A stretch of DNA of 64,000 nt, from assembly GCA_963675245.1 (NCBI GenBank), contig OY775910.1:704001-768000 (forward strand). Direction: 5' to 3'. The position numbers and the translations under genes are program-made. Origin of the DNA: Acholeplasmataceae bacterium. Lineage in GTDB: Bacteria > Bacillota_I > Bacilli_A > Acholeplasmatales > Acholeplasmataceae. The notes beneath the pieces were generated by a model. It was not told the DNA's origin. It saw nothing but the letters and a program-made list of their open reading frames with translations, and did not search any database. Below, one piece after another: positions 32,958 to 41,747 of this stretch. The number at the start of each line of letters is the position of its first letter. Positions within the stretch are counted from its first letter, which is position 1.

Positions 32958-33746
32958 ATGAATAACATACCAAAGACGATCCATTATGTATGGGTGGGGG
33001 GCAAACCAAAACCAGCACACGTTGTGTCGTGCATCGAAAGTTGGAAAAAATTTTGTCCTGATTTTGAGATTATCGAATGGAATGAAAAGAATTTCAATGT
33101 TGATAATCATCCTTTTGTTAAACAAGCACTACAAGAAAAAAACTGGGCACTCATGTCTGATGTCATTCGCGTGTGGGCACTTCATGAGCATGGTGGCATC
33201 TATTTTGATACAGATATGGAACTTGTAGCACCTATAGGTGATTTACTAGAATACGACGCTTTTTTTTGTTACGAAGCACCTTATTGGTTTGGCAGTGCAG
33301 TTTTAGGTACCGTTAAAGAACATCCGATTTTCAAACGTGTACTGAAGAGATATGATCATATAAAACCTATTAAATTCCATACGAATCCTTTAACAGTACA
33401 TGCATTTACTGCAGCACTTAGATATGATTATGATTTTAAACCAATTGGTAAATCAAGAGAAGTAAAACCAAACATAGGGTTATTATCAAGTGATTATTTT
33501 TTCCCTCAACATTATATGTCTGGTAAATTAAAAATGTCAGACAATACCAGAGGCATTCATCATTATTTTGGATCGTGGCATTCAGCTGGTCAAAGTCGTG
33601 GTCAACGTTTTGCAAGGTTTTCCTATAGAGTTTTAGGTAAAAACATTTTTAGAATATTTGAACATATTATTGGCAATAGCTATTATAGGATATTAAAAAA
33701 AGAATATGGTTTAATGGACAAAGCGGGGATCAAACATGACAAATGA
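32958..33746 (+). CDS. GT32 / DXD-motif glycosyltransferase
   Basis: IPKTIHYVWVG, SDVIR, GGIYFDTD, HHYFGSW. Confidence 0.9.
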   Translation: MNNIPKTIHYVWVGGKPKPAHVVSCIESWKKFCPDFEIIEWNEKNFNVDNHPFVKQALQEKNWALMSDVIRVWALHEHGGIYFDTDMELVAPIGDLLEYDAFFCYEAPYWFGSAVLGTVKEHPIFKRVLKRYDHIKPIKFHTNPLTVHAFTAALRYDYDFKPIGKSREVKPNIGLLSSDYFFPQHYMSGKLKMSDNTRGIHHYFGSWHSAGQSRGQRFARFSYRVLGKNIFRIFEHIIGNSYYRILKKEYGLMDKAGIKHDK

Positions 33747-34665
33747 TATTATTGTAGCGAAACATATCAAGAAATATTTTGGTGATATAAAAGCTGTGGA
33801 TGACATCAGTTTCAATGTTAAAAGAGGCAGCCTTTTTGCATTTTTAGGATTGAATGGCGCTGGTAAAAGTACAACGATCAACATCTTATGTTCTATTCTT
33901 AAGAAGGATGAAGGAACGGTTATCATTGATGACCTTGATCTTGATAAGAACACTGCGAAGATTAAAGAAAAAATTGGCATTGTATTTCAGGGTTCTGTCC
34001 TAGATTTAAAATTAACGGTTTATCAAAATCTTATCTCAAGAGCAAGTCTTTATCGTATGTCGAAAAAAGAAGCGTTAGTACGTATTGAAGAACTCACGAA
34101 GCTTCTTGATTTAAAAGATTTATTACACCGTACATATGGTAAATTATCAGGTGGACAAAGAAGAAGAATCGATATTGCTAGAGCACTTATTCATCGCCCA
34201 CAAATTCTTTTTTTAGATGAACCAACAACGGGATTAGATCCTAATACACGTGTATCCGTTTGGGAAATATTAGAGCGACTTATGGGGCAACACGAATTGA
34301 CAATATTCTTAACAACACATTATATGGAAGAAGTTTTAAAAGCGGACAGAGTGGTTATCTTAGATGAAGGGAAAGTCATTGTTAACGATACACCTGATAA
34401 CCTGAAAACGGTATATACAAGCGACTTCATAAGAGTTATATCAGAAAAAGATAAAACTTTAGAAGCGTTATTTAAAGCACATAAAATGACGTATCACCAT
34501 CGAGGGCATGCGTACCATGTCGCGATTAAAACACCGATAGAAGGACTGGCGTTCATTAATGAACACCAGGACATGATCACTGATTTTGAAATATTAAAAG
34601 GAAATATGGATGATGTCTTTTTAAATGTGACAGGCAAGAAACTGGAGGTTGATGATCATGAATAA
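33736..34665 (+). CDS. ABC transporter ATP-binding protein
   Basis: GLNGAGKST, LSGGQ, FLDEPT. Confidence 0.95.
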   Translation: MTNDIIVAKHIKKYFGDIKAVDDISFNVKRGSLFAFLGLNGAGKSTTINILCSILKKDEGTVIIDDLDLDKNTAKIKEKIGIVFQGSVLDLKLTVYQNLISRASLYRMSKKEALVRIEELTKLLDLKDLLHRTYGKLSGGQRRRIDIARALIHRPQILFLDEPTTGLDPNTRVSVWEILERLMGQHELTIFLTTHYMEEVLKADRVVILDEGKVIVNDTPDNLKTVYTSDFIRVISEKDKTLEALFKAHKMTYHHRGHAYHVAIKTPIEGLAFINEHQDMITDFEILKGNMDDVFLNVTGKKLEVDDHE

Positions 34666-35581
34666 ATCAATGACCTACGTATCTAGTTTGTATCAATTGG
34701 TAAAGAGAAATATCTTAGTCTACTTAAGAAATTCAACAACCGTTATATTTTCCTTAATGGCACCTGTTTTAATACTTGCAATCTATACCTTATTTATGGG
34801 TGATATCCAGGTGGATATGTTAGGTGGCGTGATTACTGAAGTGCCAAGTATTTCTGATGAAACAATGCGCACGATTGTCAATGTTTGGATGATACCTGGT
34901 ATTGTCGCGATCAGCTGTTTGACTGTCGCATTAAACGGCATGCTCGTCATGATCGAAGATAAAGAAAGAGGCACTGTCAATGATTTTACAGCTTCCCCTT
35001 TAAAGCCTGTTACTAGATTATTGAGTTATGTGATTGCTGCATTTATCTTAACGTTTGTTATCTGTTTAATATTTTTGTTAATCGGTTTGGCATATTTAGC
35101 TATAACGACAGGTATCTATTTTCAAGTGGTTGCTTTCTTTGAATTATTATTAATCTTATTATTATCTAGTCTTTCTGCGGTTTTAGGTTTAATGTGTGTG
35201 ATGACATTCTTTAAAACTATTATGGGTGTTTCTGCATTTACAGGAATATTTAGCGCATTGATTGGATTCTTAATTGGTGCATATCTACCAGTTAGCATGT
35301 TGCCTATTGGTATACAGAATTTAGCAAACTTAATGCCTGGATCGTATTCAACAGGATTATTTAGAAGAATCTTTATGGATACCATGTTTAGTCAGATAAG
35401 TGATTTAAGTCCATCATTTATAGAACAGATTAAAGATGTCTATTCATTTGAACTTGTTTTATTTGGACAATCAATTAGTAGAAGCGGTATGTATATTTAT
35501 CTAACCGGCTCTATTATCGTTTTCTTCTTTATATATTTGCTAATTGATGCAGTTAAAACAAAGGTTCTCTGTCAAGGATAG
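34658..35581 (+). CDS. ABC-2 type transporter permease (last codons supplied by the ISL3 end)
   Basis: About six TM helices; adjacent to the ATPase; 3' end runs into the IS. Confidence 0.88.
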   Translation: MNKSMTYVSSLYQLVKRNILVYLRNSTTVIFSLMAPVLILAIYTLFMGDIQVDMLGGVITEVPSISDETMRTIVNVWMIPGIVAISCLTVALNGMLVMIEDKERGTVNDFTASPLKPVTRLLSYVIAAFILTFVICLIFLLIGLAYLAITTGIYFQVVAFFELLLILLLSSLSAVLGLMCVMTFFKTIMGVSAFTGIFSALIGFLIGAYLPVSMLPIGIQNLANLMPGSYSTGLFRRIFMDTMFSQISDLSPSFIEQIKDVYSFELVLFGQSISRSGMYIYLTGSIIVFFFIYLLIDAVKTKVLCQG

Positions 35582-37026
35582 GGGTACCGAATAAGTAAAT
35601 CAATGAAAAGCGTATTTTTAGGTGATTCATCTAAGTGCGCTTTTTCATTATGCACTTAACGTGTAATCTTTGTTGTAAAGAAAGAGTATTCTAGATCTAA
35701 ACCTGTTGAAATCACTAAAACCATAAGCTGTTCTTTTAATCACTTTAATAAAGTTATTAATCCCTTCAATGATACCGTTCGTCATCTTTTTACGTGTTTC
35801 AGGATGAAGGTCAAATGATTGAACGATTTCTTGACGCCAATTGATAAATGTTTTCTTAATATCTCTGAATTCTTTGGTGGTTGCGTGTCTGAGTAGATCA
35901 ATGAATTGATTGATAAAAGCCGGTGCCTCTTCATAAGATAATGTTTCTATGCTGGTTTGAAAGAGATCTTTAAGATGAAAAGCTTCTTTTAAATCCGGGT
36001 GAAGATTCGCTGCGATATCATGTATGACATAATCATTGACGTTTTGTTCTAAGAGATGATGGTAGTAATAAGTGTCATTCAAGTCGCTCGGTGACTTCAT
36101 CAAGAGCTTCCAATGCTTCTTCAATATCTTATAGTTAATGGAATCTTCAGTATATGTTTTCATGATACGTATTCTCACGGCGTTGAATGACCAATAGATA
36201 TATCTTAAGAAGTGGAAGGTATCGGCGATGATCCGTGCGTTAGGTAGATAAGCTTTCACGATATTTCGATAAGGTGCCCATAGGTCCATAATGACGTTTT
36301 TGACGTTACTGCGCTCTTCATAAGGGATTTGACTGAAATAGTTCTTTAACCAGTCTGTTCGTCTGTTTCTCATCACGTCTATCACTTTCTTGTTGATAGG
36401 ATCACAGATGACAAAGGCGTATTTGCCATAGCCGAGGTTGCGCTTTTTAAATTCATCAATACTGATCGTTTCAGATAGTTTTAACCTGCTCGGTTGGATG
36501 TGTTTATCGATATGTCTCATCGCTGTTGGCACAGAGACATTCAAACGTTTCGCGATGGCTGTATAGCTTTGTACATATTCAGCCTCTCTTAAGATATGAT
36601 GCTTCGTGACATTTGATATCTTATTGAAACGCTCAACGAACTGATTAGGTTCTGGGAACCGCTTGTGGCAGTGTTTACAGACATACCGTCTTCGTCTGTA
36701 TTTTAAATACACATGATAGCCATTGATCACACCATGTTTAATAACCCTATCTCTATAGTCATGAACTTTAGAGGTGTAACTCCCACAATGAGGACATAAT
36801 TGATAGCCTTGTGTGAATCTTAAATGCACATGCATATCATTGTTGATGGTCTCAATTTGTCTGATTTTTAAGTGCTCGTCTTCAATTCTTAATACTTTCT
36901 TGATATAATTGTCTTGCATAAGTAAACTCCTTATCAAAAGTGTGTGGTTACCTTTATTATAAGATTTACTTATGCTTTTTTATATCCCTTTATAAAATCA
37001 TCCACCCCTAACATAATTATAGAGCC
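35563..37026 (-). mobile_element. ISL3-family insertion sequence (1464 bp)
   Basis: Imperfect terminal IRs GGTTCTCTGTCAAGGATAGGGGT / GGCTCTATAATTATGTTAGGGGT (15/23 identical). Perfect 8-bp target duplication AAAACAAA at 35555-35562 and 37027-37034. Single transposase. Confidence 0.93.
35648..36919 (-). CDS. ISL3-family DDE transposase
   Basis: zf-ISL3 CPHC...CKHC, SIDEF, IMDLW, ADTFH, EGINN..K..AYGF; RBS AAGGAG. Confidence 0.95.
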   Translation of the reverse strand: MQDNYIKKVLRIEDEHLKIRQIETINNDMHVHLRFTQGYQLCPHCGSYTSKVHDYRDRVIKHGVINGYHVYLKYRRRRYVCKHCHKRFPEPNQFVERFNKISNVTKHHILREAEYVQSYTAIAKRLNVSVPTAMRHIDKHIQPSRLKLSETISIDEFKKRNLGYGKYAFVICDPINKKVIDVMRNRRTDWLKNYFSQIPYEERSNVKNVIMDLWAPYRNIVKAYLPNARIIADTFHFLRYIYWSFNAVRIRIMKTYTEDSINYKILKKHWKLLMKSPSDLNDTYYYHHLLEQNVNDYVIHDIAANLHPDLKEAFHLKDLFQTSIETLSYEEAPAFINQFIDLLRHATTKEFRDIKKTFINWRQEIVQSFDLHPETRKKMTNGIIEGINNFIKVIKRTAYGFSDFNRFRSRILFLYNKDYTLSA

Positions 37027-37048
37027 AAAACAAAAAACATAACATAAG

Positions 37049-37072
37049 AAAAGGCCATTAGATGGCCTTTTT
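37049..37072. terminator. Bidirectional terminator (original ABC operon / hflX)
   Basis: aaaaggccat-tag-atggcctttt. Confidence 0.85.
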
Positions 37073-37078
37073 GTTTGA

Positions 37079-38308
37079 TCAATATTGATATTTTTTAAGT
37101 ATTGCGGCTTGTTCCGGTGTTAATATCACACGAACGGAAATACCGTCTTCCTGATATTCAGATGATAGGATGGTCGTTTTTTCTTTCAAGTCTGAATAGA
37201 TTTGTCCGTGATCAAACGGAATTTTTAAATTGACAATCTCACTTGATTTGAATAAATGTCCATAGATGGCATGAACAAGATCTTCAATATGTTCACCGGT
37301 TTTATTTGAAATAAACAAATAGTCATCAGTGAGAAAAGGTGTTTGTTTCACTAAATCTTTTTTAGTGAGCACCAATAAACGTTCAATGTCACTTGCACCC
37401 AATTCAGCAAGCACATGCTTAGTGACTTCAACACGTTTTTGGTTGTAATTTGCACCATCAACGATATGAAGAAGTAGATCAGCATTAACGACTTCACTTA
37501 GTGTGGACTCGAATGAATTAATTAATTCATGCGGTAGTTTGTCAATAAATCCGACAGTATCTACCAACAAAAAAGGTGGATAGTTTTTGTGTTGTAGTCG
37601 TTTTGATTTTGTTGAAAGTGTCGCGAACAACATATCTTTTTCAAACACTTCTTTATCATTGCTTAATAGGTGGTGCGATAGTCTATTCATCAATGAAGAC
37701 TTACCGGCATTTGTATAACCCACTAAAGCGACAATCGGTATTTGATTTTTAAGACGACGTTGTTGTGAAATTGTTTTTTCTTTTTTAATCTTGTCTAACT
37801 GAGTTTTAATTCTATGAATTTCAATCATTAATTTTCTACGATCTAACTCTAACTTCGTTTCACCTGGACCTTTGGCGTTATAGGTACCACCACCTTGTCT
37901 AGATAACACATCACCCATACCCTTAAGACGTGGTAACATGTATAACTTTTGAGCAAGGGAAACCTCTAAAACGGCTTCTTTGGTTTGTGCTCTTTCTGCA
38001 AAGATAGAAAGAATTAAGAAACTACGATCAATGACTTGAACATCTAACTCTTTTTCAAGATTACTTAACTGAGCAGGCGAAAGTGTGTCATCAAATATGA
38101 CGAGTTCCGCATGGCGTAACTCAATCGTTTTCTTTACCTCTTCAACTTTCCCACTCCCGATAAAATATTTTGGGGATATCGCTTTCGCGTTTTGTTCGAT
38201 TTTTTGGATGGTTGATATTGATAAAGCTAGCGCGAGTTCCTCTAGTTCGTCTAGATTACTTTCCATCACGCCAGGTATGTTTAAACCAACCAGTATGGCC
38301 TTATCCAT
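37079..38308 (-). CDS. hflX: Ribosome-splitting GTPase HflX
   Basis: GPGETKLELDRR, GYTNAGKSS, LFATL, DTVGF. Confidence 0.96.
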   Translation of the reverse strand: MDKAILVGLNIPGVMESNLDELEELALALSISTIQKIEQNAKAISPKYFIGSGKVEEVKKTIELRHAELVIFDDTLSPAQLSNLEKELDVQVIDRSFLILSIFAERAQTKEAVLEVSLAQKLYMLPRLKGMGDVLSRQGGGTYNAKGPGETKLELDRRKLMIEIHRIKTQLDKIKKEKTISQQRRLKNQIPIVALVGYTNAGKSSLMNRLSHHLLSNDKEVFEKDMLFATLSTKSKRLQHKNYPPFLLVDTVGFIDKLPHELINSFESTLSEVVNADLLLHIVDGANYNQKRVEVTKHVLAELGASDIERLLVLTKKDLVKQTPFLTDDYLFISNKTGEHIEDLVHAIYGHLFKSSEIVNLKIPFDHGQIYSDLKEKTTILSSEYQEDGISVRVILTPEQAAILKKYQY

Positions 38309-38334
38309 ATGATTACCTCTTTTCTGTTATTAAA

Positions 38335-38364
38335 TTAGGCTGTAAATGCTCTTTTATTAATCAT
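38335..38364 (-). CDS. Putative hflX leader peptide MINKRAFTA
   Basis: Strong SD AAGGGGT 7 nt upstream of ATG; lies between the promoter and hflX; start region complementary to the hflX start. Confidence 0.6.
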   Translation of the reverse strand: MINKRAFTA

Positions 38365-38390
38365 GGATATGACCCCTTTCTACCAAAATA

Positions 38391-38419
38391 ACTATATCAC
38401 GAAAGCTTTTGATTGGCAA
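38391..38419 (-). promoter_or_regulatory. SigA promoter of the hflX leader
   Basis: TTGCCA-17bp-(TG)TATAGT on the minus strand. Confidence 0.7.
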
Positions 38420-38507
38420 TCGTTACTGATTGCTTTTAAACATTTAATGCACATGGTAGAATAGAAGTGAAAGAAGCGAATGATACTTGAATCAGGAGGC
38501 TGCCACC

Positions 38508-38978
38508 ATGGATATTAAGCGATTAAGACTTGACTCGTTTGCTGTTCTAGGTAAATTAGGGTCGACAAAAGATGGGGTAGGGTTTGTTCAACGTCTATGG
38601 AAAGATCTTGAAGATAACTTTCATGAAATCAAACATTTAGCATTAAAAGATCCCCATGATACATTTATGGGATTTTGGGGATTAATGAGTGATTTTGATA
38701 TGACGTTTCAACCTTGGAAAGATTTTAAAGAAGGTTATTATTTAGCAGGTGTTGAAATCGGACATGAAACCAAAGCACCTAAGGGGTGGACAAAGTGGGT
38801 TTATCCAGGTTATGAATACGCTGTAGTGTTGGTTGATGATGAATATCAAGCATGTATGGCTAAAGGTTTAGATTATTTGAAGCAAAATGAATTGACATTA
38901 GCTGGAGCGATCGTCGATTTCATGGATCCTAAAGATGGTGGACAACCATATATATATTTTCCAACGAAAAAATTATAA
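38508..38978 (+). CDS. GyrI-like small-molecule-binding (AraC effector) domain protein
   Basis: RBS AGGAGG; LW..F, YYLAGVE, PKGWTKW..PG.EY, IYFP motifs. Confidence 0.8.
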   Translation: MDIKRLRLDSFAVLGKLGSTKDGVGFVQRLWKDLEDNFHEIKHLALKDPHDTFMGFWGLMSDFDMTFQPWKDFKEGYYLAGVEIGHETKAPKGWTKWVYPGYEYAVVLVDDEYQACMAKGLDYLKQNELTLAGAIVDFMDPKDGGQPYIYFPTKKL

Positions 38979-38994
38979 CAATAAAGGATGGTAA

Positions 38995-40587
38995 ATGATG
39001 GAAAACATTAGTGTCATTGGTAAGAGATTGGGATTACTCGATGAAGAATGTATCCCGTATGGTTTTGATAAAGCGAAGGTCGATTTATCTGTTTTGAAGC
39101 GACTTGAGAAAGCACCAAATGGTAAATTAATTTTAGTCACTGCGATTAATCCTACAAGAGCTGGAGAAGGAAAAACAACCACTTCAATCGGACTTGCCCA
39201 AGGGTTAACTGCGATTGGTAGAAAAGCTGTATTGGCGTTAAGAGAACCAAGTCTAGGACCAGTCTTTGGGTTAAAAGGTGGAGCGACAGGTGGAGGGCTT
39301 GCTTCTATCGTTCCTGAAGATGATATCAATCTTCATTTCACGGGAGATTTACATGCCATTACGGCGGCTAATAATTTATTATCTGCAGTCATTGATAACC
39401 ATATTTATCAAGGAAATGAACGACGTATTAAAACAGTTATTTGGAAACGTTGTATGGATATGAACGACCGTGCATTAAGAAAGATTGAAACACCAACGAG
39501 ACCTGATGGTTTTATAATTACAGCGGCAAGTGAGATTATGGCGATTTTGGCACTATCAAGCGATATCACGGATTTAAAAAATCGTATCAATCACATTATG
39601 ATAGGTTATAATGAGGACGAAAAACCGCTCTTCGTTTCTGATCTTGGTTGTGCGGATGCGATGACGTTATTATTAAAAGATGCAATCAAACCAAATATCG
39701 TTCAAACATTAGATGGAGTACCTGCGTTTGTACATGCTGGACCGTTTGCGAACATCGCACATGGATGTAATTCTATTTTAGCAACTAAGATGGCGTTAAA
39801 ACTCGGTGACTATGCTGTAACGGAAGCTGGGTTTGGTGCAGATTTAGGTATGGAAAAATTTTTAAACATTAAAACACCATATCTACCAAAACACCCAGAT
39901 TTAGTGGTGTTGGTAGCGACACTTCGTGCACTTAAACTTCATGGTAATGCGAAAGACTTTAAAGTAAAAGATGTAGGTGCGCTAAAAAAAGGCATTGAAC
40001 ATATTGAAAAACATATATCAAACATCAAGGGATTTGGTTTGAATTATGTCATTGCGTTAAATCATTTTGAAAGTGACGATCAAGAAGAACTTTCACTGAT
40101 TCTCGATTGGGCAAAAGAACATAACCACCCTATTGCATTATCTGACGGTTTCTTAAAAGGTGCTACAGGCATGGTTGAACTCGCGAAGCTCGTTGACGAA
40201 GAAAGTAACAAACCAAATCAATTTAAACATACATATCAAGAGGAAGATTCTATACAAGAAAAAATTGAGAAAGTAGCACAAAACATTTATGGAGCAAGCC
40301 GCGTTGTATTCTTTAAAAAAGCGAGAGAACAACTAGAAACGTATCAAGCATTAGGTTGGAATATGCCAGTATGTATGGCAAAAACACCATTATCACTATC
40401 AGGAGATGCTAGTGTTGTTGGTGTTCCAAAAGATTTTGTTTTAGAAATTACACAAGTTAAACCATCTATGGGAGCGGGATTCTTTGTTGCTCTCACAAAG
40501 GGTATTATGACAATGCCAGGTTTAAATAAAGCACCACGTGCACTTGATATGCGTGTGGATGAAAACGGAAATTTAATTGAGGGGTGA
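38995..40587 (+). CDS. fhs: Formate--tetrahydrofolate ligase
   Basis: TAINPTRAGEGKTT, KGGATGGG, GPFANIAHGCNS, IMTMPGL. Confidence 0.97.
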   Translation: MMENISVIGKRLGLLDEECIPYGFDKAKVDLSVLKRLEKAPNGKLILVTAINPTRAGEGKTTTSIGLAQGLTAIGRKAVLALREPSLGPVFGLKGGATGGGLASIVPEDDINLHFTGDLHAITAANNLLSAVIDNHIYQGNERRIKTVIWKRCMDMNDRALRKIETPTRPDGFIITAASEIMAILALSSDITDLKNRINHIMIGYNEDEKPLFVSDLGCADAMTLLLKDAIKPNIVQTLDGVPAFVHAGPFANIAHGCNSILATKMALKLGDYAVTEAGFGADLGMEKFLNIKTPYLPKHPDLVVLVATLRALKLHGNAKDFKVKDVGALKKGIEHIEKHISNIKGFGLNYVIALNHFESDDQEELSLILDWAKEHNHPIALSDGFLKGATGMVELAKLVDEESNKPNQFKHTYQEEDSIQEKIEKVAQNIYGASRVVFFKKAREQLETYQALGWNMPVCMAKTPLSLSGDASVVGVPKDFVLEITQVKPSMGAGFFVALTKGIMTMPGLNKAPRALDMRVDENGNLIEG

Positions 40588-40591
40588 AGAG

Positions 40592-41443
40592 ATGATATTA
40601 CTTGATGGTAAAGGAACAGCAGAACGTATCAACGCGCAATTGAAGTTGCGTATTGAAGATGCAGAAAAAACATATGGAAGAAGACCAAAACTAGATGTGA
40701 TTTTAGTGGGTAATCATCCAGCAAGTCTTTCTTATATTCGTGGGAAAGAAAAAGCGAGCAAAAAAGTGGGTATGCTTTATGAATTGCATCATCTCGATGA
40801 AGATGTAACTCAAAAAGATTTAGAAGACTTGATTGATCAATTAAATGCTGATCCTAAAGTTGATGGTATGATATTACAACTACCTATTCCCGATCATTTG
40901 GATGAAATGTCTTTAATTAACCGCATTAGTAAAGATAAAGATGCCGATGGGTTTCACGTCATTAATCAAGGAAACATGTATCAAAAAAGAAAAGCGATAC
41001 ATCCAGCAACACCACAAGGCATTATGATGTTGTTAGATGCATATAACATTGATGTAAAAGGAATGAACGCGACAGTTATTGGACGTTCCAATATTGTTGG
41101 ATTTCCAGTTGCTAGATTATTGATGGATCGACACGCGACTATCACTGTATGCCATTCAAGAACGAAAGACATGAGTGAACATACAAAGAATGCTGATATT
41201 ATTGTTGCTGCAGTTGGGGTGCCTAAATTACTTAAGAAAGATATGGTTAAGCCAGGGGCAATCATTATTGATGTAGGTATTAATCGCGTTGAAGGAAAAC
41301 TTATTGGCGATGTTGATTTTGATAACTTGAAAGAGGTCGTTGGCTATATGACGCCAGTTCCCAAAGGCGTGGGTCCAATGACAATTTGTGCATTGATGGA
41401 TAATACATTTACGCTTTATCTTTCACATGAAAACAAGCATTAA
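40592..41443 (+). CDS. folD: Methylene-THF dehydrogenase/cyclohydrolase
   Basis: KDADG, GRSNIVG, DVGIN, TPVPKGVGPMT. Confidence 0.97.
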   Translation: MILLDGKGTAERINAQLKLRIEDAEKTYGRRPKLDVILVGNHPASLSYIRGKEKASKKVGMLYELHHLDEDVTQKDLEDLIDQLNADPKVDGMILQLPIPDHLDEMSLINRISKDKDADGFHVINQGNMYQKRKAIHPATPQGIMMLLDAYNIDVKGMNATVIGRSNIVGFPVARLLMDRHATITVCHSRTKDMSEHTKNADIIVAAVGVPKLLKKDMVKPGAIIIDVGINRVEGKLIGDVDFDNLKEVVGYMTPVPKGVGPMTICALMDNTFTLYLSHENKH

Positions 41444-41463
41444 TATTTTCATACATTTCTTCC

Positions 41464-41493
41464 TTTACAAACACCTTTAGTGGTTGCTATAAT
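41464..41493 (+). promoter_or_regulatory. SigA promoter upstream of the riboswitch
   Basis: TTTACA-18bp-(TG)TATAAT. Confidence 0.7.
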
Positions 41494-41507
41494 GGGGATG
41501 TATGAAG

Positions 41508-41578
41508 TGATCGTATATACCATCTAATAGGGGTGATGGTGTTTCTACCATAGTGCCGAAACATTATGACTACGATTG
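41508..41578 (+). ncRNA. Purine riboswitch aptamer, guanine-type (C74)
   Basis: P1 atcgta/tacgat, P2 accatc/gatggt with loop AATAGGG, J2/3 GTTTCTAC, P3 catagtg/cattatg with loop CCGAAA, J3/1 ending AC-TA (C at 41570). Confidence 0.85.
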
Positions 41579-41665
41579 AAACATTACATGTTATGTAACG
41601 TGGAGAAGAGCGAAGCTTTTTACAAAACAGGGGACCAGGACGATAAGTAACATCCGATGGTACCG

Positions 41666-41695
41666 AAAAAACATCCACTTTTCGGATGTTTTTTT
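41666..41695 (+). terminator. Terminator of the riboswitch leader
   Basis: aaaaaacatcc-acttttc-ggatgtttttt. Confidence 0.8.
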
Positions 41696-41747
41696 ATCGG
41701 TTTTAAGTTAAAATAGGTGTGTAAACTAAATCAAAGGTGAAAAAAAT

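Noticed and set aside
35507..35517. GGCTCTATTAT in the permease, resembling the ISL3 end
   Set aside because: Short match inside coding sequence with no flanking duplication; the true ends are defined by the 8-bp TSD
32375..37079. Possible genomic island integrated at tRNA-Ser
   Set aside because: No integrase, and no duplicated tRNA 3' end found in the window
39470..39520. Short loop deletion in Fhs (RALRKIETPTRPDGF)
   Set aside because: In frame with all catalytic motifs intact; most likely a lineage-specific indel, not pseudogenisation
41588..41650. 20-codon ORF (MLCNVEK...) in the riboswitch leader
   Set aside because: No Shine-Dalgarno sequence; likely chance
41655..41666. T-box-like GATGGTACCG before a terminator
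   Set aside because: Lacks the full GGTGGNACC context, stem I and specifier loop; the downstream gene is not amino-acid related
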